From NCBI RefSeq assembly GCF_964204645.1, contig NC_134032.1:9040275-9104274 (forward strand): a stretch of DNA of 64,000 nucleotides, given 5' to 3'. Shown here piece by piece: positions 13,201 to 25,164 of this stretch. A program made the translations under genes and the position numbers. The notes beneath the pieces were generated by a model, which ran no database searches, was not told the origin of the DNA, and worked only from the letters and a program-made list of their open reading frames with translations. The stretch is from Tubulanus polymorphus. Its lineage: Eukaryota; Animalia; Nemertea. How positions within the stretch are numbered: position 1 is the stretch's first letter; every line of letters starts with the position of its first letter.

Positions 13201-16200
13201 TTGGGATGTAGTTTTACGCAAAAATGCAGGTATCAATGTGCACTGCAGTCTGGACCCTGCATGCACCCACGCACATAAGCTGGGCAGACATTTTCTAAAC
13301 ATGTCAGAGAAATTTGGGTTCCCGGCCAAAGATTATCTGAGGGTGACAGGCAGGTATAATACTCCAGATGGTACGAGGGATCAGGTTCCAGGCTGAAGAT
13401 TATCTGAGGGGTCAAGATCCAGGCAGCAGATGGTAAGTTAGCAGTTCCAGACTGCAGATTATCTGAGGGGGTCACAGGTATTGGGCTCAAGATTGTCTGA
13501 GGGGTTCAAGTTCCACCAGGCAGCAGATTGTCTGAGAAGTTGGTGGTTCCAGGCTGTATACGGTCTGAGGGAGTCAGGTATTGGACTGCAGATTATCTGA
13601 GGGGGTCAAGTTCCAGGCGGCAGATTGTTTGAGGGTGGTGGTTCCAGACGAGAGATTATCAGATGGTTAAATCATGAATTAAAGCCATATTTTCACGTAC
13701 CTCACATCTCCTAGTTTACCCTTGACGGCTGTGCTCAAATTACTGATTGCCGACGAGGTTTTCTCACCAGCCGTTTTCAACACTGCACCAGTTTTCACAT
13801 ATCTGAAACAAAATATTTAACAGTATTAACCTAAAAACTCATAAATTATCAAACATATGAAGAATCAAAAAAATATTGCTTATAAGTAAAAATCTATTTC
13901 GATAAAAAAGATTTTGAATGTTTTGAACCTGAATATTGAATGAGCTTCACGAAAAGAGTTATCATTGAACTACATTCTTATTTCGAACTTGAGTTATCAA
14001 GACCTACAAATGAGTAGTAACTGAACTACTTGTGCAAATGAACACACATTGTTTATTCTTGTTTTTTCATGAAGTACGTAAATCTATTGCCCTATTACGG
14101 AGCTACATCAGCCACGTTTACCAAATACGGAGGCGACAACGACAAACGTATTAATCAGGAAGAATTAATTTGTCAAGCAACGAGGCGGGGAGAGGAGGAA
14201 AGATCCTAATCCTAACTCGCTATAAATCAGTAGATTTCAATGTAGATACAGCTGAAGGAAGCGAATGCCATGCAATCAGAACAGTCCCAGACCCAGTTTC
14301 AAATGAGCACGATCTCGTACCCCTGTTCGGCAGTATTTGTTTACATTTGACTTAAACCTTTGCGTCTACACCGCAGTGCGGTGTATAAATCAGTGATAGA
14401 TTTTGCTAGTACACCGCACTGCGGTGTATTGATTTAATTAGTAATTATCTCCCTTAAAAAATGGCAGTTCGTGTCAAACATAGTGAAATATTAGTTACTA
14501 ACGATACACCCCACCGCAGTGTAGACGCACTATAGTGGTATACCCGTTATTCAACACACTAGGGTGGAATTTTTTAGAATTTTCAAATTATCTCGAACAC
14601 TATAGGGTATCAATTAGTGAGCACTGAAAGTGTTAAAGGGCTTATTGAGTTATTCTTAAATTACAGTCAAAGCGCGTTTAAATGACATGCTATCCACAGA
14701 TTTGGCATTATGTTCATTGAATTTCGAGACAAGTTCAGCATCACAATCTGCTCTGAGGATAAAATCTTGCGTAGTGAGCCCAGACACGAAACCAGCATTG
14801 TCATAACACTGTATGCAGTCACATTTTAAACCACGGCCGTGGAACTGGGGACCTAGTTCTGGTTTTGTGAGTGTGGGTTCAAGTACCGGTTTCCACTAAA
14901 CAAATAAGATTCAAGCTTCGGTTACCTTTTGAGTCAACCAGTTTGTCAACTTACGTGATCATTGAAATCGACGAAAATAAACTGGGATGAATTTTTCAGG
15001 CGAAACAAGGTCCCGCAAGAGATAGCGAATGCCCTATACCACCACAAAACACGAAGAGATAACTGAGCAACAACTGAGCAAGAGTTGCTCGAACATGCTC
15101 GGCTTTCCAAGATTAATCAACGAAGACAAGCAGTTATGAACTCATGAACACGCAAGAATTAGCGATCTGAGTTAATATAGTTAGAAATAAACGGAACAGG
15201 GCAGACAGTTGCGCAGTTGAGGCTTAGATTAGTTCGAAATTGTTATTTCTTTTTAGAGCAAATGTAATATCTTACTTAGGACTAGGGGCCGGCTTTATAT
15301 CCAGAATTTAGTCCGAAATCGTCTTAAGACTTGCTTCAGATTTTTAGATTGGTTAGTGCCTATAGATATACTCGTCTATGTGTGAGCCAAATATGGAAGT
15401 GGCTTCAGTACGGTACGCTATGTACATTCGGTAAGACTAGTCTAAGCGCTCATTTTTGGATCTCGAGCCAATCAAAGAAATTATGACTAGTCTAAGCTCA
15501 CTTTGGTTCTATATTCAATCTAACGACTTAAGTAAGTCCGGCCTTAATTTTTTACCATTTTTCAACTCGAGTCACAACTGCGCAACTGGGCCCAGGGTTT
15601 TTTCGATTCTAAAGTGAACCCAAGCCATCGTTATTAGCTGAATTTGAGTTTTGGTTGTTTTGTTTTTTTGTCGGTGGTTGTCAAACTTACGCCTGTGACG
15701 AGGTGATTTTCTCTTGTACATTATGCAATTTTTCATTAGTCTTCCGGTACCTACGTAACACATACGCGTAACAATGTAACAACTCTTATTAGAATTTCGT
15801 CTAGGCTCGAATTGGTCTGACTTCAGTCACGAGGGGCACTGCGACTGTGATTTCTAGTTCAGTCACAAGGGAGCGTTAGCGTTGTGTGCAATTTCCAATT
15901 AAGCTTCTTGGGAGCGTTATCATTTTTTTAGCCCTGTGGATGCACTGCAAGTGATTTAGCACTAGGGTTGAGGCACACTGAAGTGCTTAATGATTTTATC
16001 TTCTATCCACAAGGGATATTGCACCTGACCACATAAGGGGAGCTACATAGTGCTTGAATGATTCAATTTTAAGCCACAAGGGGGTGCTGCACGATTTCGC
16101 CCCTGACCAGATGAGCGAGCCACATCTAGTGCTTAAATGATTCAATCCTAGACCACAAGAGGGCAGTATGGTCTTTACTATTGGCTACATCAGAAGCATG

Positions 16201-19200
16201 ATTCGAGCACTGGCCAAATGAGGGCGCCACACTCGATGCATTGATACTTACGCTCCGGACTCTTTGATATTTTTCAATCCTTCCGACAGGTCGTGTTTGA
16301 TCTCGTTGAGCGGAGTGATGCCGAGTTTACGTTTCAGATCAGCAGCGTGTTGAACTTTAGCCGACAATACGTGGCGTAACGTCGATATTTCATCTTCCGT
16401 CTGCAAAGATAACGAAATCGGCGAAAATAACATACGTGTACAAACCAAAATAACACGCCAATGAAAAGTTCAATAACAGAAAAAAAGTTCCTCACAAAAT
16501 CAAGTCTACCCCTCATGGCCATGATTTTAATATTCCTAGAGCCTTCCACTGAGAATGAAAGACTTTGAACATCGCTATTTGGATATGCTCGCAGCCAGCC
16601 ACTTGAAATTCTCAGAGCCAACCAGTATAGATACTTTTTTTTTAACACCCTCAACCTGCTGAGCGCCACGTAGATAAGCGGGTTCGATGTTTCTTTTTTC
16701 CAATGGAGGAGAGGCTAGAGAAGAACCTTCGACCAAGAAACTCTGTCACCACCAGGGTTTGAACCCAGAAATAGTATAGGCCTAGATACTATCGAAAGGG
16801 AAGTCCCAGAATGTCATGATTTGGATATTCTTGGAGCCATCCCATTGTTGGATACATACACGAAAACCAAAACGTGGCGTCATGCGATTGCGATTAACTT
16901 ACAATTACAATTGACCCGACTGCGTAAAAGTGGTAATGACCTGGCCTGCCCTCCCTCAACCCAGGACGGGGAGTTAAAACTCAAACTCACTTTCTGAAGT
17001 TCATCCCTCCACTCTTGCTCCAGTCGTTCTTTCTCCGCCGGATCGACGTCGGCCCCTCCTCCTCCGAGGTGAACTCCGTCTCCGGACGACGTTAAATCTG
17101 GAGTAGCGATAGCAGCCGTCTCGTAAACAAACGAGTCATCTACAAAATACGACGTGAATATACGAATGAATGTACGAAGGGAAAAAAACACGGCTGCCTT
17201 TAGTATATCCCCCTATGACATCATCCATCATCAACATACAATAAATACTGGTTACATAATCCTAATCCCCTTACGATATCAACAAAAACAATTTGAAACT
17301 GTAACATCAATTTACATATATGGACACCTCCAGAAAAGATGGCTGCCTACATAGATCCCCCTATGACATCATCAATTTACGTCCGACGAATGCTTCCAGA
17401 AAAGATGCTTCCATAATAAGATAAAAACCCACTATGTACAAATTAAAAAAGAATTTTAAAATCGAGATATACATACATACATACATATAATCTCATACCC
17501 GACGATGATCTCTGAAGTGAGATCGAAACGTTGTGGCTTTTATAATAAGTAAATTCTCGATTAAAAAATTTGTATAAGTAATAAGTATACTGAAATGAGT
17601 AAATTCTCAATTTAAAATTTTTTTTCAATTTGTGCATCAGTGGGTTTTTATCTAATTATTCGGTCACCGTGTTTGAATGTAGTCATTGTACTAAGCTTCC
17701 ATAAATCCCCCTACGGAAAAAATCGAATGACATCATAGCGGGATCTTATGGAAGCCGATATCTTATCCGTCCACAAATCTTGATTACAGGTGCGTAATAC
17801 CATCCTCCCACGACTGATACCACACCCTTCGTTCGACCCTTCACACCATCAGGAATTAACCAAACCCAACACTGACACCATACTCTCATCTGCCCCTAGC
17901 TGGCTTTACACCTTAATACCATCAGAAATTTACCATACCAACGCTGACACCAAACCCTAATCCGACCTGAGCTGGCCTTATACCTTAATACCATCAGGGA
18001 CTTACCATCCCAACACTGAGGCCATATCCTCCTATGACCCAAGCTGGCCTTATACCTTTATACCATCAGGAATTTACCATACCCCGGCCATCAGGTGGCA
18101 AAAATTCCAAGAAAACATCAAAGTCTAACACAAATCATGACAAGCAATCAAAAGAGAGGGAGTTTATTTGCGCCGGTCCCGACGTATAGACGGAATCAAA
18201 AAATATCAAACATTTCGCGACGTGAAAAACAAATTGATTTATCGTAATAGAATCCGATACATGATCGCCGCGATAAAACCCGCACCTGCCACAGTAAGCT
18301 TCATTTGTATTCGGCGAGTGCAACTCAAATATACGCGCAGTGTTTGTATAAGACGGCAATTTAACCATCATGAATATGAAATACGTAATATCTATAAATT
18401 CTCACATATACCGAGACACACGCACACGCACTGACTCAGGGGAGCGCCCGGTTCTACAGTTTATCAACCGCAGGCATATATATATATGACTCTGCGGAGT
18501 CTTTTTAAACTGTGTCCTATATTCAGATGAGCCGGTAATGACTCTGTGGAGTCATTTTATACTGTGTCCTGTAATCATATCCGTATATGATTCATTGGAG
18601 TCATTTTAAACTGTGTCCTAATAATCATACAAGCCGCCTACGACTCTGTGGAGTCATTTTAAACTGTGTCCTATAATCACACAAGCCACATGTGGAGAAA
18701 CTTCCACTCTGTGGAGTCATTTTAAACCATGTCCTATAATCATACAAGCCACATATGACTCTGTGGAGTCATTTTAAACCGTGTCCTATAATCATACAAG
18801 CCACATATGACTCTGTGGAGTCATTTTAAACCGTGTCCTATAATCATACAAGCCACTTATGACTGTGGAGTCACGTTCAACTGTAGTTCCACTGGACACA
18901 TCTCCACAATTATGAGCCGACTCAGTGCAGTAATTCCCTGGACCTGTTTCTACAGTTATGAGCTGTATGTGGTGACTCTACCTGGCCCTATAGATATGAA
19001 CCATATGACTGTGTGGAGTCATGTTCATCCGCCGGGCCTAGACCCGGTTCACCAGTTACAAGATATGTACTACATGACTATGTGAAGTCATCTTTAACTG
19101 TAGGTCTGGACCCAATTCCACAGTTCTCAGCTATATACAGATGACTCTCAGGAGTCAATCTGGAATGGATTCTGAAGTCGAGTAATATCCGACTCCGGAC

Positions 19201-22200
19201 CAAGATCGGTTGATTGGACTCATATACTTATTCAACAAATGTAGAAGTAATTTTCACTCTAAGGAGTCTATCGTAACCTGAGAACTGTGGATGTTGAACT
19301 TGGAGTCAATGTCAACTCCTAGACCTAGCTTCAAGCGTAAATTTGACTCTGAGAAGACTTAAGTATAGGCTCATTATAACCCTAATTACCATTTACAAAA
19401 TTCAAACCAAATCAAATTCAAATTGTGGAACCGGGTACAGAGAGACTCGCACAAGTCGAGAAGCAAGAAAACACGGAACAAATTAAAGCAGAAAATGAAA
19501 ACAGCAAAATGGCATAAAATGTATAAAGATATTTATTGTTTTTTTTTTTAAATTATATAAGAAAAATTAGCAAGTAATGCGAATAAATACAGCGGTACGG
19601 GGCATTCGTGAAGTACGTACTCAAACAACGAACGAGGGGAAAATTGATTAATATGTTTTAAAAATCAGCTTAACCCTTTCAGTGTTGACAACAGTTCTGC
19701 GTCCAGTTCCGCAGTTCCGAGTTAAGATTTAACCCTCGAGTTAACTCATCGAAAATGAACTAACTTTAACTCACAACTGTGGAACTGTGTCCTGGAGATA
19801 ACGTGAACATTTTTCGCAAAATTCCCCCAAGCGCATTAAATAATAGACATAATGCATCTACACCACCACGCAATGTATTGTTGATTACTGATATTTAACA
19901 ATGTTCGACAGGTGCTGCCATCTAAAAACAAATTACTAATAACATCAATACACCGCAATGCGATGTAATCCCCGATTTATACATCGCAGTGTAGATGCAC
20001 TGAAAGGGTTAATTCGAAACGAGAAACATCGAGGGAGTGGGAAGCACCAATAGCACGGCGTTCAAAATCAGTAAAATCTTAACCGATAAAATCGAAAATC
20101 AGCAAAATTTCACTAACCGGTACGTATACTTCATGACTGGCCCGGCCGCCGAATAGACAAAAAGCCTACCTTTCATTTGACCGCCGGTACCGCTAACGCT
20201 GCCTGGTGAACCGGTCGATGCCTTTTTGCCGATCAGCCGGTCGGTGTCGACCTCTTCGTCGGAGAATTGATCTGCAGGATGAACGAGATGCAGGTAAGAA
20301 TAATAGTTATCCGACGGGCTGATAGAGGGCGTGTACGCCATCCGCGAACACCAGCCGCTCGATGCGTCTATCGCGATATCCGACAGCGCCGACGCCGAGT
20401 CCGGACTCGTCGCCGCCGGCGTCAGCCAATCGCTCTGCGATTTCCAAGTCCATTTTTCCAGTTCGCGATCGGCGAGATTTTCATCGTTTGTCGTCTTCGT
20501 CACGACCACGCGGACTTTACGCAGCCACCGCACGGCGGCAATTCGTTTCAGGAATTCGGTGCGGTCCAACATCCAGTCCGGTCGGTAGGTCCGCTCGTTT
20601 TGGATAGAAGATATATTTCAACGGTTTTCTCCCGATTTTTTACTGCTTCCACAATTTGTCGTTTTCTGTCACGAATTACATTTTTCCCCAAAAATTCTCG
20701 ATTACTTTAAGCGGGACGGCTGTAGAGTTACAACCTATCAAGTTTCGATATCAAGGATCCCTTTCCACAGGGGTTTGATTCAGAATCCAAAACACTGTGG
20801 AACAGAATCCGGAATCCGAAGCTCTTTGGAACTGAATCCAGAATACAAAACACTGTGGAGCTGAATCCAGAATTCAGAACACAGTGGAACTGAATCCGGA
20901 ATACAAAACAGTGTCTGAATCTGGAATCCAAAACACCGTGGAACTGAATCCTGAATCTCAACCGTGAACAGAATCTAAAACTGTGATAATCGAATTCATT
21001 ATCTAAACCTTCAAGGCCTGACCTATGACCATAGAAAAATTGTCAAAACCTTCTGCCGCTAATCACATACTAGTCCATACAAAGCATCATATACACTGAA
21101 CACAACACATCTGTGTCAAACAGATTCAATAAATCAGAAATAATCGAATTAAACTTCATCTGTTTGAAAATATTCATTTCGCTATAATGGACCAATTGTA
21201 CCGGAGACAACGGCAGCGCCATTTTGACATCACCACATAATACCCTGATAAGACACAAGAAAAGATGGCGACAACCATAAACTTAACAATCAATTGCTTC
21301 CTCCATAAATCCTGTCATACGCCTGGAATCATCAAATTACCCCGAAAGAAATGGTTGCCTCGATAAATCCCCCTATGACATCATCAAATTACCCCGAAAG
21401 AAATGGTTGCCTCCATAAATCCCCCTATGACATCATCAAATTACCCCCCAAAGAAATGGTTGCCTCGATAAACACCTACGACATAATCAAATTCCCCCCA
21501 AAATAAATGGTTGCCTCGATAAATCCCCCTACGACACAATTAAATTACCCCTAAAGAAATGATTGCCTCGATAAATCCCCCTAAGACATCATCAAATTAT
21601 CCCGAAAGATTGGTTGCCTCGATAAACCTCCTACGACATCATCAAATCACCCCCCCCCCCAATAAATGGTCACCTCGATAAATCCCCCTACGACATCATC
21701 AAATCACCCCCCCCCCCCAAAGAAATGGTTGCCTCGATAAACCCCCTATGACAGCATCAAATTACCCCTGAATAAATGGTTGCCTCCAGAATCCCCCTAG
21801 GCCTATATAAAATTACCCTAAACCAAATGGTCGCCTCCATAAATCCCCCTACCACCTCATCAAATTACCCTAAATAAATGACGACTATCTCTCCATAAAT
21901 GCAAAACCATTCTAGACTCGATAAACAGTCGGCGGCGGCGGAGAATCGAAAAAGAAAACACTGCGGACGTGACCAAATCATCGCCATACGAAAATCCGCC
22001 ACAAATCATCGTATAACTCCGCAGAAACTTCATCATCTAGCTGATACCGGTGACTATCCATAGACATCAATCATTATACGTATATGAAATAAATCGAAAA
22101 ACTAAGCCTCGACTATACCGCGAGAAGCGCTCGTTTAATCCGAAAATTAATGGCTACAGATTCTCGGCCAAGAAAAAAAAGGAGAAAATTTTCCACAATT

Positions 22201-25078
22201 TTCCGAATAATCTCGTGCTTAATAACGGCCTGGGTTCTCGGTGGGCCAGTTGCGAGCGGATGCCTGTAGATTGGCTGCAGAATCAAAATGGGCTTTTCAT
22301 TGGTCTTAAATCCAGAGTCCGCGTGCGTGTTCCAAAATCAAGGGCCGGTTCCATAGTCATGACTTAGACTTAAGACTAGTCTAAGACTCTTTTAGTTGTA
22401 TAACTAATCTAACAGCTTAAGACCAGTCTTAACATTTAGGTAAGACCACTTTTGGACTTGAGTCTCCACTATGGAACCGGCCCCAGGGCTTAGATCGAAG
22501 ACCGGTCTAAGACCGTTTTACGTCATTCTACTGCCAAGCTAACAACCTGAGACCAGTCTTAAGATCTATAAAACCAGGGGCGAGTTGTGACTTAAGTCCA
22601 TAATTGGTCTTAAATCTTAAGACTGATCTTAAGTTGTTAGATTGGCTATAGAACGAAGTTGGTCTTAGACTGGTCTTAAGTCTAAGCTATGACTATGCAA
22701 CTGGGCCCAGGGGCCGGTTGCACAGTCATGGCTTAGACTTAACACCAGTCCAAGACCAACTTAGTTCTACAACCAATCTACAAGACCAATCGTATGATTT
22801 AAGACCACTTTTGGACTTAAGTCATGACTGTGCAACTGGCCCGGACTTAAATCTCGACTAAGGAACCGGCCTCGCTGAGCCCTCCAGTTAAACTTTGAAA
22901 TAGATCTAGTTTCATTAATTAATTATTTAGTTCGAATCTCAAATCAATTTGGGAGTTAATCACATTCTCCAGATTTAAGACTATAGTCTATTCTTGACCA
23001 AACCTTAAAAGACTCTTAACCAAACCTTAAAAGTTAGAACTGGCCGCAGTTGCACGGCGGTCAGAAACCAATGTCCAAAATTGGTCTCATTAAATCGTAA
23101 GACCTGCCAAAAGTTGTAAGATCGGCTATAGGCCTAGGTCTCAAATGGTCTAAAGAGACTGATCTTAAATCTGAGTAATGACTGCGCAACTAATCCTAAT
23201 CCCTAGCTGAACAAGGCAAACGTTGAAAGCTATGAAAATATTGAAATCAAACATCTAAGATTCTTAGTATTTCCCAAATATTTCCGAACCGGGAATTATC
23301 ATTCCAAAATTCCCAAGTTTTTCCCAATTTCCCTGTTCTGCGGGAACCACATAAGAAAAATGACAAAACAAAAAATCATCTCACGAGGCAAAAAAAAATT
23401 GATAACTTGTTCCTCATTTCTGATGAGCTTGATCGAAAGTTGACCCGGCCGACCCTCTAAATACACCGTATACATTACTTTTCTTTTTAAATCAAGAACA
23501 AGCTATAAAACCATTACAGACCGAGCAGTAATAGCCGAAGAACTGATCACAAATTTCATCGCCGTTTACAAAATCACCCGACCGATCACGAGAAACGAGG
23601 TATCGTTTTATTTTAGCCTTGAACTTGAAATTTTTCCGTCGCAAAAACAATCGCCGCGAAATTTCCGAACGTTTCTCTTCGAAATAAACATTCTATTCCT
23701 CTCCACAGAAAAAAAAAACCCTCGCTAAAAGTCGATGACCGACAAAACGCGCAATTACCGAACGCGATCTGATGAATAATCCAGTCAAAACTATCCTATA
23801 TATACATATATATATGCGTGCACCGTCGACGCAGAAACATGTATAAATTAGGGCATAATATCGAAATATCACGATATTGCAGAGAGAGAGAGAGAGAGAC
23901 ACGACTGTCTATCACTTGCGAGACCTGAGAAAGAGTGAGAGGATGAAATATAAGCCGAATCAGCGGTTGCCGCGGCGAGGAGTGCGAGGCGATGTATTCG
24001 CCGAACCCTCGACAGAACAGTCGATAAATGTAAATCCTATGCAATACGTCGTTAATTCAGGAGCGGCGGGATAAAGAGAGTTCGCGAGAGTGAGAGAGAG
24101 CGCAGGAGACGGGACGGGGGCTTCATGATTCTTTGAATAAGAGGTGGAGAGGCATGTAGAAGACTTGGAGAGATTCGAGGTCAGGAAGTAATGGGAGGGT
24201 TGAAAGAGGCGGGCAGGTATAGAATCAGGAGTGGAGACTAATCGCAAACAAGAGGGAAAGAAAGAGGAAAAGGAGAGGATAGAGAGGTATGGGTAGAAAT
24301 AGAGAGATAGGACGATATAAATGGATAAGGGTTAATGGTTCAGGGGAAGATGATGGAAGGGAGGGAAGGGTACAGTTGATGAAAGAGTAAGGCAGAGAAC
24401 GAAGAGGGGAAGGAGAGAGAAGCATTCATGAAGGCAAGGGAGGAAGTTACAGGGAGAGAGGTAGAATGGAAGGGAAACAGAGAAAGGAGGTGGAGTGAGG
24501 GGAGAGAGGTAGAATTGAAGGGAAACAGAGACAGGAGGTGGAGTGAGGGGAGAGAGGTAGAATTGAAGGGAAACAGAGACAGGAGGTGGAGTGAGGGGAG
24601 AGAGGTAGAATGGACGGGAAACAGAGAAAGGAGGTGGAGTGAGGGGAGAGAGGTAGAATGGACGGGAAACAGAGAAAGGAGGTGGAGTGAGGGGAGCGAG
24701 GTAGAATGGAAGAGAAACAAGAGAAAGGAGGTGGAGTGAGGGGAGATAGGTAGAATGAATGGGAAACAAAGAAAGGAGGTGGAGTGAGGGGAGAGAGTTA
24801 GAATGGAAGGGAAACAGAGAAAGGAGGTGGAGCGAGGGAAGAGAGGTAGAATGGAAGGGAAACAGAGAAAGGAGGTGGAGCGAGGGAAGAGAGGTAGAAT
24901 GGAAGGGAAACAGAGAAAAGATTGAGGGAGGTACATGTAAGTCGAAATAGCTTTTTTCGTCTATTCCTTACGAGCCGTTTTCCATAATCTAATTCTCCTA
25001 AGACAAGCAAATGGACATTGACGATAATATTTTCTGAAGGTCATTTCCGGGCAGGGGATGAATAATGACTACATATAT

Positions 25079-25164
<86 letters not shown>

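Noticed and set aside
18486-21900. Regular arrays with palindromic units resembling CRISPR
   Set aside because: Units repeat in full with no unique spacers, there are no cas genes, and the context is a eukaryotic intron.
23403-23443. Hammerhead-like core CTGATGA..GAAA
   Set aside because: Stem I cannot form and stem II is a single pair.
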